From Dehalococcoidia bacterium (GTDB lineage Bacteria; Chloroflexota; Dehalococcoidia; Plut-88900), in assembly GCA_965197585.1 (NCBI GenBank), contig OZ240215.1, forward strand, positions 800,001 to 864,000: 64,000 bases of DNA. The letters are read 5' to 3'. A model generated the notes under the pieces. It was given only the letters and a program-made list of their open reading frames with translations, was not told the DNA's origin and did not search any database. Shown in pieces: positions 27,120-36,549 of this stretch. A program made the position numbers and the translations under genes. Each line of letters opens with the position of its first letter. Position 1 is the first letter of the stretch.

Positions 27120-28075
27120 ACAGCACCATGCTTGACGACTTCTGCAATTCCCTCAAGGCTGGCCGGACTCCCCCGGAAAGGCTCATGCCTGGGGAGGTGG
27201 CCCGGAGGTTCGTGGGCCACTTTGGTTTCTCTCCCTTTCCACGCATGGGAGAGATGGTCCGGTTGCTGAGGGGAGCGGGAATAGAGACGGCACCGGACGC
27301 CGACCTCGACAAAGGACTCAGAGGTATGCACCTGGGCACCAGCAATGGAACCTACGTCATCCGATACGACGCCTCCGAGACCGATGGGACGCAGGAGCAC
27401 ACGGTGTTCCACGAGACCTACGAGATCATCCGGGAGCGCCTAACCGACCTCCATCCCGAAGTACAACGACCCCAGGGCCAGCCTCTATGCCGCCAGGCTG
27501 ACCGTTTCGCCGCCGCAGCTTTGATGCAGCCCGGGTTCTTCGCCCTCTTCGCCGAGACCACGGGTCTGGACGTGGTGGCCCTACAGCGCACCTATGGACG
27601 TGCCTACTCCTCCCTGACAATCAGGCTGGCCGAGGTGATGCGGAATCAGCCCCTCTTGGCAGTGCTGTACGAGCGGCAAGGCCACCGTAACCCGCAAGAA
27701 TGGGCTGAACGCCCTTCGCCGGAGGAGTTCACGGCCACCGTCGTGGCGAGGACACCCGGGTTCAGGTTGAGAACAGTCAAGAGGCCCCTATCGACTCTCC
27801 GAGGGATGCTGCCCCGTCGTGGCTATGCCCCCGCTCAGTACTCGGTGGCGGAACGGGTCATTCTCACGGGCGAACCCGTACACGTGGAACGGGTAACCGG
27901 CTACGACCTGTGGAATGCCGACGACATCACTGTAGCCGCCAGGCTGGTGAAATGGCATGGCCGCCTGGCCAAGATCGCCCTCGTAGCCGTGCCCTACAGG
28001 GACCGCAAGGTCTTGGGCCCGCAGCTCGGCCGTGTCTCCTTCGAGCACATCTCACATGCACACCAGGTTATCTAG
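27116..28075 (+). CDS. ImmA/IrrE-family metallopeptidase-like anti-repressor with atypical metal ligands
   Basis: QEHTVFHETYE and CRQADRFAAAALMQP align to HExxH / ExxAnxFA motifs; HTH-like and GAF-like C-terminal part. Confidence 0.75.
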   Translation: MNSTMLDDFCNSLKAGRTPPERLMPGEVARRFVGHFGFSPFPRMGEMVRLLRGAGIETAPDADLDKGLRGMHLGTSNGTYVIRYDASETDGTQEHTVFHETYEIIRERLTDLHPEVQRPQGQPLCRQADRFAAAALMQPGFFALFAETTGLDVVALQRTYGRAYSSLTIRLAEVMRNQPLLAVLYERQGHRNPQEWAERPSPEEFTATVVARTPGFRLRTVKRPLSTLRGMLPRRGYAPAQYSVAERVILTGEPVHVERVTGYDLWNADDITVAARLVKWHGRLAKIALVAVPYRDRKVLGPQLGRVSFEHISHAHQVI

Positions 28076-28101
28076 CCGTGAAATCAATCAAAGGAGCCCG
28101 G

Positions 28102-28248
28102 ATGTTTCTACCGGTTCACTACCCCGTACCAGAGGACTGCTTGCTACCCCGGGCCAAGGAGCACTCGGCCTTTGGATGGACACCGAACGACAAGACCAGG
28201 CTGCACGACGACCTTCTGGAAAACCGACACTTCGCTACCACCAATTGA
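28102..28248 (+). CDS. Small hypothetical protein (48 aa)
   Basis: AAGGAG RBS then ATG 28102, MFLPVHYPVPEDCLL... Confidence 0.45.
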   Translation: MFLPVHYPVPEDCLLPRAKEHSAFGWTPNDKTRLHDDLLENRHFATTN

Positions 28249-28261
28249 ACTACATGAATAG

Positions 28262-28486
28262 GTGATGACAATGCAAGACAGACTATTGAGACGTCGACAG
28301 GTCGAGGAGATCACGGGCATGAGCCGCTCGTCGATCTACAAGATGATGCAGAACGGTGAATTCCCCAGACCCGTAAGAATCGGCCCCGCAGCCGTCAGGT
28401 GGAGGGCCAGCGACATCAGGGCATGGGTGGAGTCTCGACCGGTGGCTAGGGGAGAGTTCGACAGGACCAGCGCCGCCTTGTTGTAG
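28262..28486 (+). CDS. alpA: AlpA-family regulator / excisionase
   Basis: LLRRRQVEEITGMSRSSIYKMMQNGEFPRPVRIGPAAVRW. Confidence 0.9.
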   Translation: MMTMQDRLLRRRQVEEITGMSRSSIYKMMQNGEFPRPVRIGPAAVRWRASDIRAWVESRPVARGEFDRTSAALL

Positions 28487-28489
28487 CGG

Positions 28490-29686
28490 TTAGGACTGGA
28501 GTACGAGCTGGGAGTGGCCGTTCCGGCTCCGGTAAGAGTTGCCGGCCAGATAGTCCGCCCACTGCTGCATGAGAGTGCGACGGCGCTCGAAGAGGTCGGA
28601 CCTGGCATATGCCTGCTCTGTGGAATTGCCCAGGCTGTGGGCAAGGGCAGCCTCCGAGACGACCCAGGGGGTGTCTGTCTGCTCCAGCGCCCAGTTCTTG
28701 AAGCTGCTGCGGAATCCGTGGACAGTGGCATGTTCTGCCAGGCCGACGGAACGGAGGACCTTCGTGAGCGTCATGTCGGACATCGGAGCCCCCTGCTTTA
28801 GCGGTGAAGGGAACACCAGACCTGAATCCTCCCGCAGAACGGATGCTTCGTCGAGAACTTCGAGGGCCTCGTCGCTAAGAGGAACCCGGTGTTCAACGCC
28901 CGCTTTCATCCGCTGAGAGGGAATCCTCCACATCCGATCTTCGAGGTCGATCTCGTCCCAGGTTGTACCCCGTGCCTCACCGGAGCGGGCCGCAGTGAGG
29001 ACCAGGAACCGGAAGCACAGCTTCGCGGACATCGAGGCCCGAGAGGCTGCAACCGTCTCAACGGCCGAGCCGACTTCCTGGTAGGGTAGGGCCCTGAAAT
29101 GGGCCTTCACCTTCGGCATTGGAGGCAGGGCGCCATCGATGGCTTCACCCGCCGGGTTGGATTCCATGAAACCGTGAGCCATTGCCCACCGGAAGATGGT
29201 CCTCATCCGCTGCCGCACCCGCCGAGCAGTCTCCGGCCGGCTTGTCCATATGGGGGTCAGCACCCGCAGCACGTCTCCGCGATCTATCCGGTCCAGGGGT
29301 GTGTTCCCCAGGACTGGCGTTGCATGACGCTCCAGGGTCTGTATCCAACCTGCCATGTGCCTGGGATTGCGCCAGCGGGGCTTGTTAGCCTCATGGACGG
29401 CATAGGCAGCTTCTTTGAAGGTCGGCATGGCAGGTGCGTGCTTTTCTGCCACTGGATCCCGACCATATGCGAAAGCATTCCGGTAGTCCGCCGCCTTTTC
29501 CCGGGCTCGGGCCAGGCTTACGGACGGGTATCCGCCCAGCCCGATATCGCGTCGGCGCACATCAACCGTGATGCGCAGCACCCACGATTTCCGTCCCGCT
29601 TTGCTGATGAAGAGGTGGAGACCACCGCCATCGGAATAACGCCCCGGTTCCCTGAGGGCTTTCACTTTTGTTGCTGAAAGAGTCAT
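28490..29686 (-). CDS. P4-type tyrosine integrase with arm-DNA-binding domain
   Basis: PGRYSDGGGLHL arm domain; R(TAARSGE), K(MKAG), HGFRSSF, LAH, Y(AYARS) catalytic residues. Confidence 0.95.
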   Translation of the reverse strand: MTLSATKVKALREPGRYSDGGGLHLFISKAGRKSWVLRITVDVRRRDIGLGGYPSVSLARAREKAADYRNAFAYGRDPVAEKHAPAMPTFKEAAYAVHEANKPRWRNPRHMAGWIQTLERHATPVLGNTPLDRIDRGDVLRVLTPIWTSRPETARRVRQRMRTIFRWAMAHGFMESNPAGEAIDGALPPMPKVKAHFRALPYQEVGSAVETVAASRASMSAKLCFRFLVLTAARSGEARGTTWDEIDLEDRMWRIPSQRMKAGVEHRVPLSDEALEVLDEASVLREDSGLVFPSPLKQGAPMSDMTLTKVLRSVGLAEHATVHGFRSSFKNWALEQTDTPWVVSEAALAHSLGNSTEQAYARSDLFERRRTLMQQWADYLAGNSYRSRNGHSQLVLQS

Positions 29687-29845
29687 CGAAGTCTCAATTC
29701 ATCTCAGAATGTTCCCACAAATTTTACCACACTTAATGCGAGATACCAAAGGAAATAGACGGCCTAAACAAGCACTTGAGAAGTGTTAGTTAGCTACGAA
29801 GCAAGCGTAAAACGGGAAAACGGCGGCCAATGAAAAAGAGGTTAG

Positions 29846-29937
29846 TGGCGGAGAGGATGGGATTCGAACCCACGAGAGAGCTTTCACCCCCTACGCGATT
29901 TCCAGTCGCGCCTGTTCGGCCACTCCAGCACCTCTCC
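29846..29937 (-). tRNA. tRNA-Ser(GGA), ICE integration site
   Basis: GGAGAGG acceptor stem, CGCGA-CTGGAAA-TCGCG anticodon arm, long variable arm, GGTTCGAATCC T-loop, encoded CCA. Confidence 0.95.
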
Positions 29938-30221
29938 GGGACCCGTAGCCTGAGCTTCGAACTTAGCTCCGGCGATAAATGATAGCATCGAGCGGGCGGA
30001 ATGATAAGGTGTCACGGCGGAATGGGCTCGAAACCGACGGCCTATTCGATGATATTGCGAACACTAACAACAGCAAGCGTTTGCATCTATAATCCCACCC
30101 ATGGCCTCGACTGACGGGTAGACCCGCATGTCGGACGAGAGAATTGCGAAGGTATGCGGGATAGCCGGACGAGGCAAGTTGGCAAGCAGCACGGGTTTCG
30201 AGCAATGATGGAGAGTTAAGG

Positions 30222-31532
30222 ATGGCACACCACCACGGGTCTCCCTTCGACCACGCCGAGAAAGATACGCCTGTCAGAAAGACGGCTAGCTTTATCCTGG
30301 CGGGGCTGAGTGGGGGACACGGCATATTCCACTGGTTCAACCAGAGCTTCCTGGTAATGCTGCCGGAAATCGAAGCGACATTTGGCCTTAACAAGGTGCA
30401 GGTCGGGGCGATAACGGCGACGAGGGAGATAGCGGGGGGCCTGGTGATGCTCCCCAGCGGGGTAATCCTGGACATTCTCCGTCCTTACTGGGGAATCGTG
30501 CTGAGCCTGTGCATGTTGGTGTTCGGGCTGGGTTGGATCCTGACAGGACTGTCACCGGTCTATCCGGTGATCCTGATCGGGATGGTTATCGTATCGGTTG
30601 CCAGCTCGATATGGCACCTGCCGGCTATGGGGGCGTTATCGCACCACTTCCAACACCGGAAAGGTACGGCGCTGTCCTTCCACGGGATAGGCGGCAACCT
30701 CGGCGATTTTGTCGGGCCATTGGCTACAGGGGCAATCCTGACGGTCATGAGCTGGCGGGGCATCATAAGCGTGTATGCGGTGGTCCCTCTGTTGCTCACA
30801 TTCATCGTGTTCTGGGCGTTCAGGGACATCGGGTCTCGGGGGGTGGAGAAGCACCGGGAAAGAGGCTTGCGGGAGCAGCTGCAAATGACCCGGCTGCTGC
30901 TGAAGAACGTCACACTGTGGGTCGTGATGCTGGTAGCGGGGTTGAGGGGCATGGCCTACCTGCCGCTGGTGACGTTTCTACCCAGCTACATGACAGACGA
31001 ACTGGGATTCAACACGTTCTGGGTCGGGTTCCACATGGGGATGCTGGTCTTCATAGGGATAGTGGCGACACCGACGCTGGGCTACATATCGGACCGCATA
31101 GGCCGGAAGATCGTGATAATACCGTCACTTCTGGCGATGACTGCTCTGACGTTCCTTCTGGCGCCCTACGGAGAAGGGATACTGTTCTCGGTGCTGCTCG
31201 CGATGCTGGGGTTCTTCCTGTACAGCGACCAGCCGATATTGACGGCGGCGGTGCTCGATATGGTAGACCCCGAGAGCCAAGGGTCGGCCCTCGGGATCCT
31301 TTCGTTCGAGAGGATAGCTATGGGAGGGGTCTCGCCGATATTCGCAGGGCTGATATATGAACATTGGGGAATGGACTGGGTATTCGTCTATGCGGCAGCG
31401 CTACTGATCGCCGCGGCAGCGCTGTTGATGACGGTGAGGTTGGGGAAGCGGGACAAATTTGAGGGGCCGGGGCACGGAGACTCCCATGATCATGATCATG
31501 CTCACGAACACGAACACGGGCATGGGCACTAG
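30222..31532 (+). CDS. MFS transporter with His-rich termini
   Basis: About 12 TMs, GYISDRIGRK motif, C-terminal HGDSHDHDHAHEHEHGHGH. Confidence 0.9.
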   Translation: MAHHHGSPFDHAEKDTPVRKTASFILAGLSGGHGIFHWFNQSFLVMLPEIEATFGLNKVQVGAITATREIAGGLVMLPSGVILDILRPYWGIVLSLCMLVFGLGWILTGLSPVYPVILIGMVIVSVASSIWHLPAMGALSHHFQHRKGTALSFHGIGGNLGDFVGPLATGAILTVMSWRGIISVYAVVPLLLTFIVFWAFRDIGSRGVEKHRERGLREQLQMTRLLLKNVTLWVVMLVAGLRGMAYLPLVTFLPSYMTDELGFNTFWVGFHMGMLVFIGIVATPTLGYISDRIGRKIVIIPSLLAMTALTFLLAPYGEGILFSVLLAMLGFFLYSDQPILTAAVLDMVDPESQGSALGILSFERIAMGGVSPIFAGLIYEHWGMDWVFVYAAALLIAAAALLMTVRLGKRDKFEGPGHGDSHDHDHAHEHEHGHGH

Positions 31533-31556
31533 GGCGCGGTGTGGTCGGGGCCGGAA

Positions 31557-32306
31557 TCAGCGGGCGGTGTAGCCGCCGTCTACGGCCAGCTCTGCGCCGG
31601 TTATGAAAGAGGCGTCGTCGGAGGCCAGGAATAGGACGGCGTTGGCGACGTCTTCATATGCGGTAAGACGGCCCAATGGAGTGTCGGCGATGCGCCTGGT
31701 GTCTTCGTCCTTGCCCCGCTTGGAGCCGATCATGGGTGGCGCAAAGCCCGGGTGGACGGAGTTGGCACGAATGCCGTCGGGGCCGTGTTTGAGGGCGAGG
31801 TCCTTGGTGAGCAGTCTTACGGCGCCCTTGGAGGCGACGTAACCTGAGTGTCCGACACCGAGGCCGACGAAGCCCATGATGGACGAAATGTTCACCATGA
31901 CGCCCCCGCCAGCCTTGCGCATCTCGGGAACGGCCCACTTTGCGCCCAGGAAAACTCCCTTAGCATTGATGTCGAGGAGCCGGTCCCAGTCCTCGGTGCT
32001 GTCCTCGTGGGTAGCAGGGGTGCTGGAGATCCCGGCGTTGTTAACGAGCATGTCCACGCGGCCGAAGCGTTCGATGGTGGCCTGGACGGCCCTTTGCCAA
32101 TCGTCGTCACGGGTGACGTCCATGTGGACGAAGAGTGCCTGACCGCCGGACTCGTTGATTCGGGCCTCGACCTGGGCGCCCTCCTTGTCGAGGATGTCGC
32201 AGATGACTACTCGGGCACCTTCACGGGAGAAGAGTTCGGCGTCGACAGCGCCCATGCCATGGGCTGCGCCGGTGATGATGGCCACTTTTCCTTCCAGCCT
32301 ACCCAT
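31557..32306 (-). CDS. Short-chain dehydrogenase/reductase
   Basis: TGAAHGMG, NNAG, YVASK motifs. Confidence 0.95.
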   Translation of the reverse strand: MGRLEGKVAIITGAAHGMGAVDAELFSREGARVVICDILDKEGAQVEARINESGGQALFVHMDVTRDDDWQRAVQATIERFGRVDMLVNNAGISSTPATHEDSTEDWDRLLDINAKGVFLGAKWAVPEMRKAGGGVMVNISSIMGFVGLGVGHSGYVASKGAVRLLTKDLALKHGPDGIRANSVHPGFAPPMIGSKRGKDEDTRRIADTPLGRLTAYEDVANAVLFLASDDASFITGAELAVDGGYTAR

Positions 32307-32523
32307 GACGTAATCTCCTCATCTTTAATATACGTGACCATCGAGGACTTGGGGGTAGTTTACACGAAGGGGTGAGCCCAACCCGGACAACCGCTCAATC
32401 CCTCGAGGGGTGGATGTCCCGGTGGGGTTGTTTCGCAGTGTGTGGTTGAGTCTATAATCAGGGTATCGACAATCGGAGAGGCCTCTGCATCTAGAGGGCG
32501 TTTAGCTATTGAGGAGAAAGAGC

Positions 32524-33633
32524 ATGGTAGGACTAAAGGCGATATCGGCGGACTCACACGTGCAGGAGGCTCCGGAGCTGTTCGAGACCCGGGTCCCGGA
32601 GGAGTTCAGGCCCCGACTTCCGCACATGGAGGAAGGAGAGGACGGCGCGAAATATAGAGTGGTGGAGGGCAGGAAGAAGAGGCGTTTCGACATAGCCGCG
32701 GAGAACATCAACGAGGACGACATGGAAAGAGAGTTCAGGCTGGACCCCTCTGGCGGTACGGACATTCCGTACAGGTTGAAGGACCAGGACCGGGATGGGG
32801 TGACGGCGGAGGTGCTCTACCCGAACTCGCTGCTCGCACTGTTCGCATCGCCGGACCCGAAGTACCAGATAGCCGTGGCCCGGGCCTATAACGATTGGGC
32901 CATAGAACTCTTCGGCGGGCATGCCGACAGGTTTGCGCCCGCAGGCCTGGTGCCCGTAATCGACGTTCCAACCGCGGTGGAAGAGGTGAAGCGGGTCGCG
33001 GGGCTGGGATACAAGCTAATAAGCGCCCCCATACACCTGAAGCACCAACCGTACAGCCTGCCGATATACGAGCCTCTGTGGAACGTGCTGGAGGAGACGG
33101 GATTGCCCATAAGCCTCCACTTCATATCGGGCAGTGAGGACCACCTACCGGAGGGCGCCGGGGAGGAGAGGCATGGAGGCTTCCTCACCTACATGGTGAC
33201 CGCGATGGCCGAGGGAATAGTCCCCGCCACCGTGTTCGTAAGCTCAGGGGTGCTGGCCCGGCACCCGAGCCTACACTCCGTAATAGTGGAGTGCGGCGCA
33301 GGCTGGCTGCCCTGGGTGCTGTACACGATGGACGACCAGTACGAGCGGAAGCACATGTGGATAGAGCCCAAGCTGGACATGAAGCCCAGCGAGTACTTCA
33401 AGCGGCAGGGTCACGCGACATTCAGTGACGACCTGGCTGCATTGCGGATGATCGACTTCATCGGGCCGGAGGCATTGCTGTGGGGAAGCGATTACCCCCA
33501 CGACGAAGGCACGTTCCCCCATTCCCAGGAAGTGATCGAGAGGACTTTCGCAGGGCTCTCGGATGAGGACAAGAGGAAGATAGTGTACGGGAACGCGGCG
33601 TCGCTGTACGGGATCGGGGGGAATGGGGCGTAG
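32524..33633 (+). CDS. Amidohydrolase family protein
   Basis: ISADSHV, SLH, WGSDYPH motifs. Confidence 0.9.
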   Translation: MVGLKAISADSHVQEAPELFETRVPEEFRPRLPHMEEGEDGAKYRVVEGRKKRRFDIAAENINEDDMEREFRLDPSGGTDIPYRLKDQDRDGVTAEVLYPNSLLALFASPDPKYQIAVARAYNDWAIELFGGHADRFAPAGLVPVIDVPTAVEEVKRVAGLGYKLISAPIHLKHQPYSLPIYEPLWNVLEETGLPISLHFISGSEDHLPEGAGEERHGGFLTYMVTAMAEGIVPATVFVSSGVLARHPSLHSVIVECGAGWLPWVLYTMDDQYERKHMWIEPKLDMKPSEYFKRQGHATFSDDLAALRMIDFIGPEALLWGSDYPHDEGTFPHSQEVIERTFAGLSDEDKRKIVYGNAASLYGIGGNGA

Positions 33634-33723
33634 GCGGGGAATTGGAGGCGTCTCATCCGATAATATCGATTGTAGAAGGACTGCTCCTGTAACAAAGGAA
33701 CGGAACGATTGGGGGGAAAGACA

Positions 33724-34833
33724 ATGGCTGGACTAAAGGCTATATCGGCGGACTCTCACGTGCAGGAGTCGCCCGAGCTGTTCGAGACACGGGTGCCGGA
33801 GGAATTCAGGGCGAGGCTGCCGCGGGTTATTGAAGAGGAAGACGGAGCGCAGTTCTTTGTGGCGGAGGGTCGGAACAAAAGGCGGTTCGACCTGGCGGAG
33901 GCCAACATCGATGAGGATGATTTGAACCGGGAGTTCAGGCAGGACCCCTCGGGCGGGACGGACATCCCGTACAGGGTGAAAGACCAGGACCGGGACGGAG
34001 TTGCGGCGGAGGTCCTGTATCCGAACTCGCTGCTGACGCTTTTCGGGTCACGGGACCCCGCATACCAAATAGGGGTTGCACGGGCATACAACGACTGGGC
34101 AATTGAGCTGTTTGGAGGTCATTCGGACAGGTTTGCCCCTGCGGCGATAGTGCCGGTGATCGACGTGGAGACGGCGGTGGAAGAGGTGCGTCGGGTGGCG
34201 GGGCTGGGCTACAAGCTGATCAGTGCGCCAATACACCTGAAGTACCAGCCGTACAGTTTGCCCATCTACGAACCACTCTGGAATGCGCTGGAGGAGACCG
34301 GACTGCCCATCAGCCTTCACTTCGTGACTGGGAGCGAAGACCATACTCCGAAAGATCTCGGAGATGAGAAAGAGGGTGGTTTCCTGACCTACATGGTAAC
34401 GGCGATGGCCGAGGGGATAGTGCCGGCTACGGTGTTCGTAAGCTCAGGTGTGCTGGCGCGTCACCCGAGCCTTCACACGGTGATTGTGGAGTGCGGCGCA
34501 GGTTGGCTGCCCTGGGTGTTGTACACGATGGACGACCAGTACGAGCGCAAGCACATGTGGATCGAGCCCAAGCTGGACATGAAGCCGAGTGAGTACTTCA
34601 AGCGGCAGGGCCACACGACTTTCAGCGACGATCTGGCCGCGCTGCGGATGCTGGACTTCATCGGGCCGGAGGCGCTGATGTGGGGGAGCGACTACCCCCA
34701 CGACGAGGGAACGTTCCCCCATTCCCAGGAAGTGATTGAGAGGACGTTTACGGAGCTTTCGGAGGAGGACAAGAGGAAGATAGTGTACGGGAATGCGGCG
34801 TCGTTATACGGGTTCGGTGGGAATGGGGGGTAA
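33724..34833 (+). CDS. Amidohydrolase family protein (tandem paralogue)
   Basis: Same motifs and length as upstream gene, offset exactly 1200 bp. Confidence 0.9.
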   Translation: MAGLKAISADSHVQESPELFETRVPEEFRARLPRVIEEEDGAQFFVAEGRNKRRFDLAEANIDEDDLNREFRQDPSGGTDIPYRVKDQDRDGVAAEVLYPNSLLTLFGSRDPAYQIGVARAYNDWAIELFGGHSDRFAPAAIVPVIDVETAVEEVRRVAGLGYKLISAPIHLKYQPYSLPIYEPLWNALEETGLPISLHFVTGSEDHTPKDLGDEKEGGFLTYMVTAMAEGIVPATVFVSSGVLARHPSLHTVIVECGAGWLPWVLYTMDDQYERKHMWIEPKLDMKPSEYFKRQGHTTFSDDLAALRMLDFIGPEALMWGSDYPHDEGTFPHSQEVIERTFTELSEEDKRKIVYGNAASLYGFGGNGG

Positions 34834-34913
34834 CGGATTGAAATCTTGGTGTTTCCACTAACGACATCTCCACCTGTGTGAGGAATGTGGGAACACAAGG
34901 GGAAATAGCAGGA

Positions 34914-35279
34914 ATGCGGAAAAATGGGGTCATATGGGGGATCATGCTTCTATGGATCATAGGTCTGAGCGTTGCCCTCGGATATCTCTACTATGATCGA
35001 GAGGAGGTTGTCGTACCTACCAATCCTCCAGCCGCAGTTCCTGCAAAGTCTTTTGGCAATGAAGCTCTGATGGAGCAGGTTTGCGAGGCGTTAGACAAGG
35101 AAGTACCGCCTAACGCGCCTGAGCTTAGCGATCCTGGCAGTGTGCTTGCATGGCTTGATTTACAATTCCCAGAGGGCGACTTTTACAGAATGGGCTTAAC
35201 AAAAACATCTGAGAACGCCGGAGAACGACACAGACGTCATGCTAATTATTTGAATGGGATTCTCTTTCTATGCTCATAA
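34914..35279 (+). CDS. Hypothetical membrane-anchored protein
   Basis: N-terminal TM helix; lower GC than neighbours. Confidence 0.6.
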   Translation: MRKNGVIWGIMLLWIIGLSVALGYLYYDREEVVVPTNPPAAVPAKSFGNEALMEQVCEALDKEVPPNAPELSDPGSVLAWLDLQFPEGDFYRMGLTKTSENAGERHRRHANYLNGILFLCS

Positions 35280-35328
35280 TAGTTATTCACTGCGAACGTA
35301 GAAAAACAAACTATTACGGAGTAGTAGA

Positions 35329-36390
35329 TTGAACTTCGGGGCGTTTTTGTTAATGCCATCTCCCTCGGCGCGGGCCCATGCGGAAATCTACGCCCGCGGG
35401 TTGGAGATAGCGCAGGCCGCCGAGGACATGGGCTACGACGGTGTGTGGCTGGCGGAGCACCACTTCTCCAACTACGGCTATCTCTCTCGTCCGCTGATCA
35501 TGGCGACACACCTGGCTGCTAATACGAAGCGCATACGCATTGGCACGGCTGTGGTTGTTTTGCCGCTCCACCACCCGCTGGTTGTGGCGGAGGAGGCTGC
35601 GACGATAGACCTGCTTAGCGAGGGTCGGTTCGACCTGGGCCTGGGGCGCGGGTACCAGCAGTACGAGTTTGGCCGCATGGGTCTGGACCTCAAAGACAGC
35701 CGGGCCCGATGGGAAGAGGCGATAGAGATACTGACGAGGGCTTTCACTGAGGAGTCGTTCAGCTTCGAGGGCGAGTACTTCAGCTTCCCCGAAACGACGG
35801 TCCTGCCCAAGCCTTACCAGAAGCCCCACCCCCCGATCTGGGTGGTCGGCCAGAGCCTGGAGTCGATAAACGGCGCGGTGCGGCGGGGGTTCAACGTGGT
35901 CACGGGTGGAGCGGCTTTTCCGGTTGGCAGAATCGAAGAGCGCAGGAACCAGTTCGATGACGCAGTGGAACGGCACGGGCGGGAAGGCCAATTGCAATTC
36001 GGGATACAGCAGAAGATTTACGTGACGGAATCGGAAGAGGAAGCGTTGAGGATGGCCGAGCACGGCCTATGGAACATGCGGGTCTCGCTGAGCCTGCGAT
36101 TGGGTCGGGAGCAGGTTGAGAGGGGTCGGGTGACGGATGTGCCAATAGAGGACGAGCCATCGATTGAAGAGCTGGTTGACCGACACTTCCTGTTCGGGAC
36201 GCCGGAGACGGTGTCGGCAAAGCTGACGAGGCTCAAGGAACAGCTTAAACTCGACCACCTGAACTGCGATTTCTGGTTAGGGGATATGCCACAGGACAAA
36301 GTTCTGCGTTCGATGGAGTTGTTTGCGAAGCACGTGATGCCGCAGTTTCAGGATGCGCCACGGGCGAAGGCTTTGAGTCCAACCGGGTGA
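35329..36390 (+). CDS. Luciferase-like (LLM) flavin-dependent monooxygenase
   Basis: WLAEHHF, DLLSEGRFDLGLGRG, PKPYQKPHPPIW. Confidence 0.95.
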   Translation: MNFGAFLLMPSPSARAHAEIYARGLEIAQAAEDMGYDGVWLAEHHFSNYGYLSRPLIMATHLAANTKRIRIGTAVVVLPLHHPLVVAEEAATIDLLSEGRFDLGLGRGYQQYEFGRMGLDLKDSRARWEEAIEILTRAFTEESFSFEGEYFSFPETTVLPKPYQKPHPPIWVVGQSLESINGAVRRGFNVVTGGAAFPVGRIEERRNQFDDAVERHGREGQLQFGIQQKIYVTESEEEALRMAEHGLWNMRVSLSLRLGREQVERGRVTDVPIEDEPSIEELVDRHFLFGTPETVSAKLTRLKEQLKLDHLNCDFWLGDMPQDKVLRSMELFAKHVMPQFQDAPRAKALSPTG

Positions 36391-36397
36391 GTGTGAC

Positions 36398-36538
36398 ATG
36401 GACACCAAGCAAGAGCGCCGCGAAGAGAAGCGTCGAAACCGGCGCAAGATGCGGGTGTCGGGGCGGGGGTTGAAGACGCTGCTGCAAGAGATTGGTCGGA
36501 AGGCCAAGGAGAAGACGCTTCCCAAGCAGCGGTCATAG
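36398..36538 (+). CDS. Small very basic protein (46 aa)
   Basis: ATG 36398 to TAG 36538 fills the gap: MDTKQERREEKRRNRRKMRVSGRGLKTLLQEIGRKAKEKTLPKQRS. Confidence 0.55.
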   Translation: MDTKQERREEKRRNRRKMRVSGRGLKTLLQEIGRKAKEKTLPKQRS

Positions 36539-36549
36539 GGCCTAGGGTT

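Larger units (their letters stand above)
1..29870. mobile_element. Integrative conjugative element inserted at tRNA-Ser 3' end (left boundary outside window)
   Basis: Tyrosine integrase directly downstream of tRNA 3' end, AlpA, XRE/ImmA switch, VirB4+VirD4+relaxase+VirB6+pilins, primase; backbone visibly more GC-rich than host genes. Confidence 0.9.

Noticed and set aside
1-29845. Second att site (duplicate of tRNA 3' end) within the window
   Set aside because: No TGGCGGAGAGG-like copy noticed by eye; ICE genes continue to the left edge
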